A stretch of 64,000 bases of DNA from an uncultured Acidobacteriota bacterium (GTDB lineage Bacteria; Acidobacteriota; Vicinamibacteria; Fen-336): the NCBI GenBank assembly GCA_963720545.1, contig OY970399.1, forward strand, positions 1,696,001-1,760,000, in the 5' to 3' direction. Shown piece by piece: positions 1 through 9,984 of this stretch. The stretch's first letter is position 1. The number at the start of each line of letters is the position of its first letter. Under the pieces are notes generated by a model. It made no database searches. It saw nothing but the letters and a program-made list of their open reading frames with translations, and was not told where the DNA came from. The translations under genes and the position numbers were made by a program.

Positions 1-1
1 G

Positions 2-403
2 CACGCCACCGCCCATACGGCCGACCTGCTGAAGTTCCTCGCTCGCTCGCAGAAGCTCACCGCGGCCGGCCAGGCACGCATCGTCGAGGGCATCGCCGCC
101 AAGCTCGACACGGCGCCTGTGCCCTTCACCCACGGCGAGCACGAGCGGCTGGCGCGCGCGCTCCTGGCCCTTGTGCTGCGTGCCGATTTCGATCCGCAGC
201 CGCTCTCTGGGTGGATCACGCGGACGCAGGCGGCGAACAAGGCGCTGTGGGCGGCGCCCAAACTCGACCTCGTCCGCTATGACGAGGTCGAGAACACCCG
301 CCTCACCTTGCGCAGCCTCTACGTGCTGGTGACGCTGCAACCCGCCGGCAAGGTGAAGCCAGGCGTTGCCGAACTGCTGCGCAATGTCGTGAGCGACGAG
401 TAG
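2..403 (+). CDS. DUF2785-like protein, C-terminal part (runs off the window start)
   Basis: Frame open from nt 2: HATAHTADLLKFLAR...FTHGEHERLARA, resembling the HAxAHxAD and FxHxExERL motifs of DUF2785. Confidence 0.65.
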   Translation, partial: HATAHTADLLKFLARSQKLTAAGQARIVEGIAAKLDTAPVPFTHGEHERLARALLALVLRADFDPQPLSGWITRTQAANKALWAAPKLDLVRYDEVENTRLTLRSLYVLVTLQPAGKVKPGVAELLRNVVSDE

Positions 404-554
404 CTAGCGAGCGCCAGTCCCGCGATCTTCGACCCTGGATTCGGCTCGATCACACGGTATTCGTCCGGAGCGCGGCGATCCGGGGTTGCGCTCCACCCCC
501 GACTAGGCGCAAGCTCCACCTAAAGAACGCGAATAGCGCATGCCCAGGAAAGAC

Positions 555-986
555 ATGACGCGCCCAGAGAACCGGATCACGCCGCCCGCAGAAACGCCAA
601 CAGGGCCGCTCCAGGTGGCGCCCGGTTCCCAACGAGACGACCCGCGCGCGCCGCGGCGCGCCGAGAACCTGTCTGTCCCCATCACCTGCGTCCTGCTCGA
701 AGGCACCGGTTACAAGTTCAAGATCACGACGCCCGGCGAGCATCTCGTCGGCCGCGGCAACGACGCGCAGCTGCGGCTCATGAGCCCGATGGTCTCGCGC
801 CGCCAGGCGCTGATCGTCCTCACGCCCGACCGCCTGCTCGCCACCATCGAGGATCTCGGCGGGGCCAACACCACGATGCTGAACGGACGGCCGATGGAGA
901 AGGCGACGCTGCTCGACGGCGACGAGCTCGCGATGGGCGACATCCGGCTGGGGGTCGGCGTGGACCGCGAAGGCGAGACGAGCTAG
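555..986 (+). CDS. Stand-alone FHA-domain protein
   Basis: LVGRGNDAQLRL..VSRRQA..IEDLGGANTTMLNG..LLDGDELAMG is an FHA pattern; AGGA RBS before ATG 555 (alternative start 540). Confidence 0.8.
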   Translation: MTRPENRITPPAETPTGPLQVAPGSQRDDPRAPRRAENLSVPITCVLLEGTGYKFKITTPGEHLVGRGNDAQLRLMSPMVSRRQALIVLTPDRLLATIEDLGGANTTMLNGRPMEKATLLDGDELAMGDIRLGVGVDREGETS

Positions 987-2467
987 GCCCTTTCGTCGGC
1001 GGCGAACGTCGTCATCGCGCGCGCCAGCAGCACCGCCCCCACCGCGTAGCCGGCGAGACCGAGGCTGATTCCCACCCGCAAGTCGCCGCACGCAACGCTC
1101 AGCCGGCCCATGACGTAAGGGCCGAGCGCGAGGCCGACGAGGGTGTTGAGCAGCAGGAACGCCGCGGTGGCGACACCGCGCATGCGCGGCAGGACCAGGT
1201 CCTGGATGGTCGCGAGGCCGGGGCCGAGCCAGAGCGACGCCGTGAAGTTCAGGAGCAATGCGAAGAAGAGCGCAGCGCCGCGGCCCGGCACCCAGAGCAT
1301 CGCGAGGCACGCCGGGATCGACAACAGGCAGTTGAGGAGGGCGACGCGCAAGCGGCCGGTGGGCACGGTGTGCCGCCAGCGATCCGCGCAGAGGCCGCCC
1401 AGCGTGACGCCCAGCCAACCGCCCGCAGCAGCGGCGCCGCCGACATACAGGCCGGCGTGCGCTGCGTCGAGCCCGTGGACCCGCACGAAAAAAGGCGCTG
1501 TCCAGAAGCCGAAGCCGTAGCCAGAGAAGGAAGTGAACGCGAGGCCGAGCGCCGTCATCCGCAGCGAGCGCGTCGCGAACAGCACACGAAACGCAGCGGC
1601 GTCGCGCAGCGCGAGTGACTGGCACCACGAGGCGGCCGCGTAAGCGCCCACGGCCAGCGACCACCACTGCCCCGGATTGCCGAACGCGCGGGCGGCGATC
1701 CACGCCGTGCCGGCGAACGCCGCCGCGACTCCAAGGTTGAGGAGGCTGTCGCGCATTCGGCCGCCAAGTTCCGCCAGCCGGAAGAAGCTGAACGGCGGCA
1801 GCACGGCGCGCAACTCATTCCAGAAAACCGCGAGCGGCGATTCCTGGCCGGTTCCCTGCTGCTGCGCCGCCGCGGCACCGTCGCCGGCGCCGCGCGCCGG
1901 CTCGCGCAAGCGGCGGATCCCGAATGCGAGCGCGAGGCCGGGCAGGCCGGCAACGAGGAAAGCCACGCGCCACCCCCAGCGGTCGGCAACCAGCCCGCCG
2001 AGGCCGAGGCCGAGCCCCGTGCCGATGTAGATGCCGGTCGAATAGAACGCGAGCGCCGTCGCCCGCCGCGCCCGCGGATACAGGTCGCACAGCATCGAAT
2101 AGGCTGCCGGGTTCGCCGACGCCTCGCCGATGCCGACCCCCATGCGCGCGAGCGCCAGCTGCGGGAAGGTGCGCGCGAATGCGGACAGGGCCGTCATCGC
2201 GCTCCAGAAGCCGAGGCCAAGCGCAAGTAGACGGCGGCGATCCCATACGTCGGCGAGACGGCCCAGGGGGATGCCGAAGACCGCGTAGAAGACCGCGAAC
2301 ACGGTGCCGTAGAGATAGCCGAGCTGGGCGTCATCGACGCCCAGCTCCAGCTTGATGTGCTCCGCCAGGATCGAGACGATCTGGCGGTCGACGTAGTTGA
2401 GGACGTAAGCGCCGGTCAGCAGCCCGAGGGCATAGCGGGCGTAGCGATCGGCCGGGGGTGCCGCCAT
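983..2467 (-). CDS. MFS transporter (spinster-like)
   Basis: NYVDRQIVSIL, GRLADVWDRR (MFS motif A), GIGEAS; about 12 hydrophobic segments. Confidence 0.9.
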   Translation of the reverse strand: MAAPPADRYARYALGLLTGAYVLNYVDRQIVSILAEHIKLELGVDDAQLGYLYGTVFAVFYAVFGIPLGRLADVWDRRRLLALGLGFWSAMTALSAFARTFPQLALARMGVGIGEASANPAAYSMLCDLYPRARRATALAFYSTGIYIGTGLGLGLGGLVADRWGWRVAFLVAGLPGLALAFGIRRLREPARGAGDGAAAAQQQGTGQESPLAVFWNELRAVLPPFSFFRLAELGGRMRDSLLNLGVAAAFAGTAWIAARAFGNPGQWWSLAVGAYAAASWCQSLALRDAAAFRVLFATRSLRMTALGLAFTSFSGYGFGFWTAPFFVRVHGLDAAHAGLYVGGAAAAGGWLGVTLGGLCADRWRHTVPTGRLRVALLNCLLSIPACLAMLWVPGRGAALFFALLLNFTASLWLGPGLATIQDLVLPRMRGVATAAFLLLNTLVGLALGPYVMGRLSVACGDLRVGISLGLAGYAVGAVLLARAMTTFAADERA

Positions 2468-2505
2468 TCGGCGGCCATTGTCCTATGGCTTCGCGGCTTT
2501 GCCGC

Positions 2506-2919
2506 TCACTCGCAGTACTGGCCGGTGCAAGGCGGCGCCGGGTTGCCGTTCTGCGCGTTCACGCGCCCGACCATGGTGGGATGGATCTGGCAGTGGTAGT
2601 TGGTGCCGCCGCTCGGCATCTGCACCGAGCGACTCGAGGTACCCGCCGCGATGTCGCCGGTGTCGATGGTGCCGTCGTTCAGTACCACGCGGTGCGTGAT
2701 GCTGTCGCTGTTGCGGAAGACGACGCTCCTGCCACCCGCGCTGGCCGGGTTGGGGCTGAACGACATCGACCCGTTCTGGCCGACGACCGTGACGATGAAG
2801 TCGCTCGACGCGGGTGGATTGGCGGGAGTGACCGGCGTCGAACCACCGCCTCCGCCACCGCACGAGGGAAGGGCAAGGACCGTGGCTAGCGCGGCCGATC
2901 TCGTGAACAGAGATCGCAT
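2506..2919 (-). CDS. Cupredoxin (plastocyanin-like) lipoprotein
   Basis: AAGGAGG RBS; signal ending LPSC then a Gly/Ser/Pro linker; type-1 Cu ligand pattern H(RVV)...YHCQIHPTM. Confidence 0.8.
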   Translation of the reverse strand: MRSLFTRSAALATVLALPSCGGGGGGSTPVTPANPPASSDFIVTVVGQNGSMSFSPNPASAGGRSVVFRNSDSITHRVVLNDGTIDTGDIAAGTSSRSVQMPSGGTNYHCQIHPTMVGRVNAQNGNPAPPCTGQYCE

Positions 2920-2976
2920 GAAACCTCCTTGTTTACGCAACAGCTGGACAGCTGTCTTGTCGTAAATCGTCAAGGA

Positions 2977-2991
2977 GCAATGCATGTGCCA
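2977..2991 (-). promoter_or_regulatory. Sigma54 (-24/-12) promoter for the cupredoxin gene
   Basis: Minus strand TGGCAC-ATGCA-TTGC, a consensus match about 60 nt upstream of the start. Confidence 0.7.
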
Positions 2992-3088
2992 CGCTCAAAT
3001 CTCTGAAACAGTCCACTTTCATGGCTTTCGTCCAAGGTCGGCAGGGCCAATCGCTACGGGAATCCGGGCCCCGAACCAATAAAGTGAT

Positions 3089-4849
3089 TCAGCGCAGCAC
3101 GGGCACGACCAGCCGCGAGGGGTGCGCGTTGTCGTGGTGCACCGTGATTGTGGCGGTGCGCGCCGCGGCGGACGTCGTTTCCAGTTCGCCCGTGTGCAGG
3201 TTGCGCGAGAAGTGTGGGAAGAACGACGGTGTCAACACCGCGCGCAGCCGATGGCCTTTCTTGAACTGGTTGCCGGTGACGAGGTCGGCGAATCGCAGCT
3301 CATAGATATCGCCGGGCTTCAGCAGCTTGCGCTCCGGGCCGCCGTCGCGATAGCTGGCGCGCAACACGTCGAGGCCAGGGCTCATCAGGTTCCACGCGGT
3401 GCCGTCGGGCGCGACGTCGAAGAGCTTCACCCACAGGTCGAGATCCGGAGCGTCACTCGAGACGAAGATGCGCGCGTCGATGGGGCCGACGACGCGCGTT
3501 TCGGCCGCGAACGGTTCGGTCTCGAAGACCAGGAGATCGCTGCGCTTCACCAGGTCGCGATAGTCGTGCGCGCCGGATTCCAGGGCGAACGGATCGGCGA
3601 CCGGGTTCATCGGATCGGACACGAACTTGCTCGCGGGCGAACCGGCCACGCGCGTCGGCGCAAGCCTGCCACTGCGCTCCCCTTTGGGAGCGCCGGAGAG
3701 GAAGAGCTGCAGCGGTTCCGCCGAGGATGGCGGCGGCCACGACGGCGCGTCGCGCCAGGCGTTTTCCCCCATCACGAACACCCGCACCGGCGCCGGCGCC
3801 GGTGCGGCAATGGATGGCGCGGGCTTGAGATAGCGGTCCATGAAGTCGAGCACCAGCGCGTCGTAATCGATCGCAGCCGCGGGTCCGAAGCTGCGATCGC
3901 CCGAAGACTCCTGCCGCTTCGAATCGCGGCTCATGGGGCCGCCGTGAATCCACGGCCCGAGCACGAGCGTGGTACGCGGGTCCTGGCCGCGGCGCGACTG
4001 CAGCAGCCCGAGGTAGTTGGTGATGGCACCCTCTGGGCCGTATGCCTCGTCGTGCCAGCCGGAAATGTTGAGCACAGCCGCCTTGACCTTGTCGTACTTG
4101 CCGCGGATCTCCATCCAGTCCCAGCGCGCATCGCCCGGCGGCACCAGCATCCATTGCGTGAGCCACGGGGCAACATCCTTGAACTCTGGCAGGTTGGTGA
4201 GCGGCAGCCGCTTCTGCACCGAATCGCGTTGCTCGTCCCAGGCGGCGCGCGCGGCCTCGCCGGTGCACGGACCGGGCAGGTTCTTGCGCACGCGCACGTC
4301 GGGCGCGATGTTGTTCCAGGTCCAGGTGGTCCACGAGCCGTCGAAGACGCCGCCGGAGTAGATGAAGTTGCGCGAGGTCGAAAAGGTCATCGCCGGCACC
4401 ATGGCGGCCAGATGCGGCGGCGACTCGACCGCCGCGAGCCACTGGACGGCGCCCGGATAGGACAAGCCGAAGGTGCCCACCTTGCCGTTCGACCAGGACT
4501 GGGCAGCCGCCCATTCGATGGTGTCGTAGCCGTCCTTGCCCTCGTTTACGTACGGCACGAACTCGCCGGCCGAGCCGTAGCGTCCCCGCACGTCCTGCAC
4601 CACCACCGCATAACCGCGGCCCACGGCGGCGCGCACCGTGCCGCCTTCGAAGGTGCCGCGGCGGCTGTAAGGCGTGCGGTAGACGAGCGTCGGAAAAGGC
4701 CCCGCGCCCGCGGGCCGAATCACATCGGCGGCGAGCTTCACTCCGTCGCGCGTGACGATCGCCACGTCGCGCTCGATGACCTGAGCCGGGACGGCGCCCG
4801 GGATGGTGACTTCCAGCACAAAAACGAGGGCCGCGAGGTGTCTCTTCAT
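3089..4849 (-). CDS. CocE/NonD family hydrolase (S15), exported
   Basis: RTPY, QDVRGRYGS, GLSYPG nucleophile motif, GWHD, GPWIH; signal-like N-terminus. Confidence 0.92.
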   Translation of the reverse strand: MKRHLAALVFVLEVTIPGAVPAQVIERDVAIVTRDGVKLAADVIRPAGAGPFPTLVYRTPYSRRGTFEGGTVRAAVGRGYAVVVQDVRGRYGSAGEFVPYVNEGKDGYDTIEWAAAQSWSNGKVGTFGLSYPGAVQWLAAVESPPHLAAMVPAMTFSTSRNFIYSGGVFDGSWTTWTWNNIAPDVRVRKNLPGPCTGEAARAAWDEQRDSVQKRLPLTNLPEFKDVAPWLTQWMLVPPGDARWDWMEIRGKYDKVKAAVLNISGWHDEAYGPEGAITNYLGLLQSRRGQDPRTTLVLGPWIHGGPMSRDSKRQESSGDRSFGPAAAIDYDALVLDFMDRYLKPAPSIAAPAPAPVRVFVMGENAWRDAPSWPPPSSAEPLQLFLSGAPKGERSGRLAPTRVAGSPASKFVSDPMNPVADPFALESGAHDYRDLVKRSDLLVFETEPFAAETRVVGPIDARIFVSSDAPDLDLWVKLFDVAPDGTAWNLMSPGLDVLRASYRDGGPERKLLKPGDIYELRFADLVTGNQFKKGHRLRAVLTPSFFPHFSRNLHTGELETTSAAARTATITVHHDNAHPSRLVVPVLR

Positions 4850-4972
4850 GGTGAACGAGAACCTAGCGCAAGTCGTTGGGTGTGAGGCACATCCCAACGA
4901 GGGAATTCGCACAATTGCGCGACAAACGCAAGTGCTACCATTCGCATACTAAATTCACGGAGAAGGAGCGGG

Positions 4973-7900
4973 TTGCGCCCCGAAGCCCCACTAGAAGAGT
5001 CGACGCTCGGCCAGATGAAGCGCGTTCCGGGCGCTCAGGCCACTGCGCCGCTTCTCATGCACGGCGTGCGCCGTTTTGCGGCCATCGCCCTCACCGGGGT
5101 GGTCGCCCTGATCGCGCTCGACTTCTTCGTGTACGCAGCGCCATGGCTGCGCAACCTCAACCTCGCGTCGATGGCGCTGTTCGCCTGCGTCTGCACCTGG
5201 GTGGTGATGAGCCCGTCGGCCGGCACCGGTGCCGGCGCTCGCCTGCTCTCGCTATCCTTCGTCGCCGCCAGCTGGATCGCCGAGTACCGCTTCGGCCTGC
5301 TGTCGGCGCTGCCGTTCTTCGTCGCGCTCGGCACCGCCCTCATCGCGCGCTGGGTGAAGGGCCGCGTCGAGTTGATCCCGGCGGTGGCCGGCATCGGCTG
5401 GGCAGTGGTCACCTTCCTCACGATCCGCAGGACGCTGCCCGACGCCGGCGCCGTCTCGGTGTTCGAGGCGGGCCCGGCGATGGAGCTGACGCTCGGCATC
5501 GCCATCTCGGTCGCGTTCTTCTTCGCGTTCCTGGTGGCGCGCGCCGACCGCCGCGCCGAGACCGAGAGCGAGCGGCGCTTCGGCAGCGCCTTCTCCAGCC
5601 TCAGCCAGTTCAACGAGCTGGTCCTCAACTCCGCGGGCGACGGCATCTACGTCGTCGACCTCGACGGCATCATCTCCTTCGCCAACCCTTCGGTCACCTC
5701 GCTCACCGGGTACGAGATGCGCGAGCTCGCCGGAAACAGCGCCCACGAGCTGCTGCACGCCGGCAACCTGCGCACCGGCCGCGACGAGTGCAAGGTGTGC
5801 GGCGCCATCGGCGGCAGCGGCGGCAGCGCGCCGCGCTCGGCCGATGAGCTCTTCTGGCGCAAGGACGGCGCCACCTTTCCGGTGGAGTGCGTCGTCAGCC
5901 CGATCCGCACCGACGAGCAGGTGCTCGGCCATGTGGTCGCCTTCAAGGACCTCAGCGAGCGCCGCGCTCTGTTCCGCGTGGTGCACGACACCGCTGTCGC
6001 CAAGAGCCTGCTGGAGGTCTACTCGCGCATCCATGCGGTCGCGGCCGACATCATGCCGGCGAAGAATTTCTACCTGGCGCTCTACGACGATGCCACCAGC
6101 ATCCTGAGCTTCCCCTACTTCGTCGACGAGCACGATCCACAGCCGGACGACACGCCGATGGGCCGCGGCCTCACGGAATACGTGCTGCGCACCGGCAAGC
6201 CGCTGCTCGTCGACCCGGAGCGGTTCGAGGGTCTAGTCGCCGCCAAGGATGTCGACCCGGTCGGCTCGCCGTCGGTCGTGTGGCTGGGCGTGCCGCTCAC
6301 CTCGGGTGGCAAGACTTTCGGCGTGGTGGCGGTGCAAAGTTATGAGGAGCGCGTGCGCTACGGCCAGCGCGACCTCGAGCTGCTCACGGTCGTCTCGCAG
6401 CCGATCGCCGACGCCATCGTCCGCAAGCGCTCCGAGGAAGAGACGCGCGCCACCGTTTCGGTGCTGCAGGCGACCCTCGAAGCGACGGGCGACGGCCTGC
6501 TGGTGGTCGACAATTCCGGACGTGTGGTTTCGTTCAACACCGCGTTCGCCCAGATCTGGGGCCTGCCGAAGGCGCTGCTCGACTCGCGCAGCGACCGCCT
6601 GCTGACCGCGGCGACGCAGCAGCTGGTGCGCGATCCGCAGGAGTTCGTCGAGAAGATCGCGACCATCTACGCCGACGTCGAGGGCGACTCGTTCGACGTC
6701 GTGGAACTGAGCGACGGGCGGGTCATCGAGCGCGAGTCGCGGCCGCAGCGGCTCGACGGGGCCGCCATCGGCCGCGTCTGGAGCTACCGCGACGTCACCG
6801 AGACCCGCCAGGTGGCGGCGCGCGTCGAGTACCAGGCGTTCCACGATTCGCTCACCGGCCTGCCCAACCGCCTGCTGTTCCGCGACCGCCTCGAGATGGC
6901 CCTGCGCCAGGCGCAGCGCAAGAACGAACGCATCGCGCTGCTGTTCCTCGACGTCGACCGCTTCAAGGGCGTCAACGACAGCCTGGGCCACGCCGGCGGC
7001 GACAAGCTGCTGCAGGCGCTGTCCGAGCGGATCCGCGGTCAGTTGCGCGAACAGGACACGGTGGCGCGGCTCGGCGGCGACGAGTTCGCGATCCTGCTGC
7101 TGGGGGTGCCGACGCCGGAAGTGGCCGCACGCATGGCGGAGAAGATCCAGGCGAGCCTCGCTCCGCCGATCACCATCGAGCAGCGCGACCTCGAAGTGTC
7201 GGCGAGCATCGGCGTCGCCATCTATCCCGACGACGGCGCCGACGGCGAGGCGCTGCTGCGCAGCGCCGACATCGCGATGTACCGCGCCAAGGAACTCGGC
7301 GGCAACAGCTTCCAGTTGTGCACGCACGCGATGAACACGCGCGCGCTGGAGCGCGTCAACCTCGAGGCGATGCTGCGCCATGCCGTGGACCGCGGCGAGT
7401 TCCTGCTGGAGTACCAGCCTATGATCGACGTCGCCTCGGGCCGCATCGTCGGCTGCGAGGCGCTCCTCCGCTGGCAACACCCGCAGCTTGGCCTCATCTC
7501 GCCCAGCCACTTCATCCCGCTCGCGGAGGAGACGCGGCTCATCGTCCCCATGGGCGAATGGGTGCTGCACACCGCCTGCCGGCAGCTCGAGATCTGGCAC
7601 CGGGCGGGCCACACCGACCTGAAGATGACCGTGAACCTGTCGGGCCGTCACGTGCAGCAGCCGAACATCCTCGAGGTGGTGGAAGCCGCGATGGCCAGCG
7701 CTGGCCTCGGGCCGGGCGGGCTCGAGCTGGAGATCACCGAGACGGTGGCGATGAACAACGTGGAATGGACGCGCTCCGTGCTCGACGGCTTCCACCGCAT
7801 GGGCGTGCCCATCTCGATCGACGACTTCGGCACCGGCCAGTCGTCGCTCAGCTACCTGCGTCTCTTCCCGCTGAGCACGCTCAAGATCGACCGCTCGTTC

Positions 7901-8206
7901 GTGAGCGACGTCGTCACCCACCCCGAGAACCAGGCGATCGTGCGCGCCATCGTCGCGCTCGCGAAGGCGCTGAACCTCAAGGTCGTGGCGGAAGGCGTCG
8001 AGACCCGCGAGCAGCTCGAGTTCATCCGCGGCGTCGGCTGCGACCAGTTCCAGGGCTTCCTGGTGGGCCGCAGCATGACGGCGTCGCATTTCGAGGACGC
8101 GCTGCGCGCGCACAGCCCCGAAGAGTGGATGACGGCGGTTGAAGAACCCGCGGTCTCGCGCGCCGGCTCTAGTCGGTCAGTACGATCCGCAGCGCCTCAG
8201 CCGTGA
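4973..8206 (+). CDS. Membrane-anchored PAS/GAF/PAS GGDEF-EAL c-di-GMP enzyme
   Basis: N-terminal TM helices; HDSLTGLPNR; REQD I-site; RLGGDEF; EALLRW; DDFGTG; AEGVET; AAGGAG before the TTG start. Confidence 0.93.
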   Translation: MRPEAPLEESTLGQMKRVPGAQATAPLLMHGVRRFAAIALTGVVALIALDFFVYAAPWLRNLNLASMALFACVCTWVVMSPSAGTGAGARLLSLSFVAASWIAEYRFGLLSALPFFVALGTALIARWVKGRVELIPAVAGIGWAVVTFLTIRRTLPDAGAVSVFEAGPAMELTLGIAISVAFFFAFLVARADRRAETESERRFGSAFSSLSQFNELVLNSAGDGIYVVDLDGIISFANPSVTSLTGYEMRELAGNSAHELLHAGNLRTGRDECKVCGAIGGSGGSAPRSADELFWRKDGATFPVECVVSPIRTDEQVLGHVVAFKDLSERRALFRVVHDTAVAKSLLEVYSRIHAVAADIMPAKNFYLALYDDATSILSFPYFVDEHDPQPDDTPMGRGLTEYVLRTGKPLLVDPERFEGLVAAKDVDPVGSPSVVWLGVPLTSGGKTFGVVAVQSYEERVRYGQRDLELLTVVSQPIADAIVRKRSEEETRATVSVLQATLEATGDGLLVVDNSGRVVSFNTAFAQIWGLPKALLDSRSDRLLTAATQQLVRDPQEFVEKIATIYADVEGDSFDVVELSDGRVIERESRPQRLDGAAIGRVWSYRDVTETRQVAARVEYQAFHDSLTGLPNRLLFRDRLEMALRQAQRKNERIALLFLDVDRFKGVNDSLGHAGGDKLLQALSERIRGQLREQDTVARLGGDEFAILLLGVPTPEVAARMAEKIQASLAPPITIEQRDLEVSASIGVAIYPDDGADGEALLRSADIAMYRAKELGGNSFQLCTHAMNTRALERVNLEAMLRHAVDRGEFLLEYQPMIDVASGRIVGCEALLRWQHPQLGLISPSHFIPLAEETRLIVPMGEWVLHTACRQLEIWHRAGHTDLKMTVNLSGRHVQQPNILEVVEAAMASAGLGPGGLELEITETVAMNNVEWTRSVLDGFHRMGVPISIDDFGTGQSSLSYLRLFPLSTLKIDRSFVSDVVTHPENQAIVRAIVALAKALNLKVVAEGVETREQLEFIRGVGCDQFQGFLVGRSMTASHFEDALRAHSPEEWMTAVEEPAVSRAGSSRSVRSAAPQP

Positions 8207-9221
8207 GCCGATGGCCGGCGTCGTTCAGATGGCCGATGTCGTCGAGAGTGAACTTCCCGAAACCCAGTTCGTCCTGGTGATACGCGTGGTCGAGGTAGAC
8301 CACGTCCAGCCCCTGCGCCTCGGGAGCCTCCAGCAGGCTGGTGACCCAGCGCGAGCCATGCCGGTAGCCGAACTTGTTCGGATGAATGCTCAGCACCAGG
8401 CGGCCGCCATCGGCCTCGACAGTCGAGCGTAGCCGGCCAACCAGAGCCGCAACCAGGCTGACCGCGGCATCCTCATCGCTGGTGGCGCTCGCCTTCCGTG
8501 CCGACCAGTGCCTGGTCTTGTCCACCTCGAACACGGGACGGCCGCGGCGAGTGAGCTTCCTGACGAGCGCCGAGTTCTTCTGCAGCCAGTTCCCCAGCCG
8601 CATGCGCGGCCGCAGCCGCACGTGGCGATCCTGCAGCTGCAGGTCGTCGTCCTGCAGGAAGAACTGCGGCTTTGGATGCCGGCCGTCGTAGAGCGACACC
8701 GGCAGCATGACGTCGGCAAGGTCGTTGTCCACGCACAGGCTGAGGACCACCACGCCTGGATGCCACGATCGCCCCTCGCTCTCGTAGCGCAGCAGCGATT
8801 GATCGATACCGTACCCGGGAACCGCGAGGTTCACCACCTCCACCGCATCGTTCTCGGCATCGAGGCGCTGGGCGAACGTCTTGTCGTCGGCGACACCGTA
8901 CCCGAACGCAACCGAATCTCCGAGCAGCACGACCCGCGTGACACCGGGCGCCGGCAGCCGCGTCTTCGGCACCTCGCCGCGCCAGCCGTGTGCATTGATC
9001 GTAGTGACAGCGCCAAGAACCGTCGCCCGCGCGTCCGGCCGCAGCTCCCAGCCCAGCGTCTCGGAGTAGTCGAACAGTTCGTCTACATCGGCCGCAGGAT
9101 TGGCCGCCGAGCTGCGATGCGCAAGCACACGAGCGCCCACCTCGAGACCGGCAATGAGGGCAACGCCAACGATGATGCTGGCGGCGGCGCTCACCAGATC
9201 GCCGCGCTTGATCGAAACCAC
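8169..9221 (-). CDS. SGNH/GDSL hydrolase with N-terminal membrane anchor
   Basis: LGDSVAFG, NLAVPGYG, DND, DDIGH catalytic blocks. Confidence 0.85.
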   Translation of the reverse strand: MVSIKRGDLVSAAASIIVGVALIAGLEVGARVLAHRSSAANPAADVDELFDYSETLGWELRPDARATVLGAVTTINAHGWRGEVPKTRLPAPGVTRVVLLGDSVAFGYGVADDKTFAQRLDAENDAVEVVNLAVPGYGIDQSLLRYESEGRSWHPGVVVLSLCVDNDLADVMLPVSLYDGRHPKPQFFLQDDDLQLQDRHVRLRPRMRLGNWLQKNSALVRKLTRRGRPVFEVDKTRHWSARKASATSDEDAAVSLVAALVGRLRSTVEADGGRLVLSIHPNKFGYRHGSRWVTSLLEAPEAQGLDVVYLDHAYHQDELGFGKFTLDDIGHLNDAGHRLTAEALRIVLTD

Positions 9222-9293
9222 TGAAAACAGGGTACCAAGAAAAGACGCCGCGAAGCGCTATCCTCTCCGTTTCCATCAGGAATTACGGAGGAC

Positions 9294-9953
9294 ATGATGA
9301 GCACCCCCGGCACTGCCCCTCTCGACATGAAGCTCGAGGCCGTCGTGATTCCGGTTGCCGACCCTGATCGAGCCAAGGCCTTCTACGCGGGCCTGGGCTG
9401 GCGGCTCGATGCCGACTTCCCGGGAGTCGGGGACTTCAGAGCCATCCAGTTCACGCCTCCCGGCTCGCAATGCTCCATACATTTCGGCAAGGGAGTGACG
9501 ACAGCAGCGCCGGGGTCGATCCAGAATCTCTATCTCGTCGTCTCCGACATGGAGGCGGCTCGAGCGGAACTGATCTCACACGGTGTCGATGTGAGCGAGG
9601 CGTTCCACTTCGCCGGCTTCGGCGGAGAAAAAGTGCCGGGTCCCGAGCCGTCGGGTCACTCGTACGCCACACTCGCAACCTTCAAGGACCCGGACGGTAA
9701 TGGCTGGCTGCTCCAGGAGATCAAGACGCGGCTCCCCGGCCGCGGCTTTAGTTGGGACGTCCCCACACTGACCGACCTCCTGCGCGAGGCCGAGCAGAAT
9801 CACGGCAAGTTCGAAGCGGTCGCCCCGAAGCACCACTGGTCTGGTTTCTACTCCGCGTTCATCGTTGCGCGCGTGGCGGGAAAGACCGCCGATGAGGCCT
9901 TCGAGGCTGGCAAGCTCGAAGTGGAACGGACACTTGGCGCATCCAAGGTCTGA
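9294..9953 (+). CDS. VOC/glyoxalase family protein with a C-terminal extension
   Basis: LEAVVIPVADPDRAKAFY...FKDPDGNGWLLQE. Confidence 0.88.
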   Translation: MMSTPGTAPLDMKLEAVVIPVADPDRAKAFYAGLGWRLDADFPGVGDFRAIQFTPPGSQCSIHFGKGVTTAAPGSIQNLYLVVSDMEAARAELISHGVDVSEAFHFAGFGGEKVPGPEPSGHSYATLATFKDPDGNGWLLQEIKTRLPGRGFSWDVPTLTDLLREAEQNHGKFEAVAPKHHWSGFYSAFIVARVAGKTADEAFEAGKLEVERTLGASKV

Positions 9954-9984
9954 CCGAACTCCGTAGCGACTAGCAATACACCGC

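Noticed and set aside
404..554. Hairpin GGAGCGCGGC...GTTGCGCTCC and a GGCGCAAGC segment faintly like a c-di-GMP-I riboswitch
   Set aside because: The GGCAAA and GNRA-loop P2 elements were not found; an Rfam scan would be needed
4873..4900. Inverted repeat TCGTTGGGTGTG...CACATCCCAACGA as a terminator
   Set aside because: It lies between divergent genes with no U-tract; function cannot be supported
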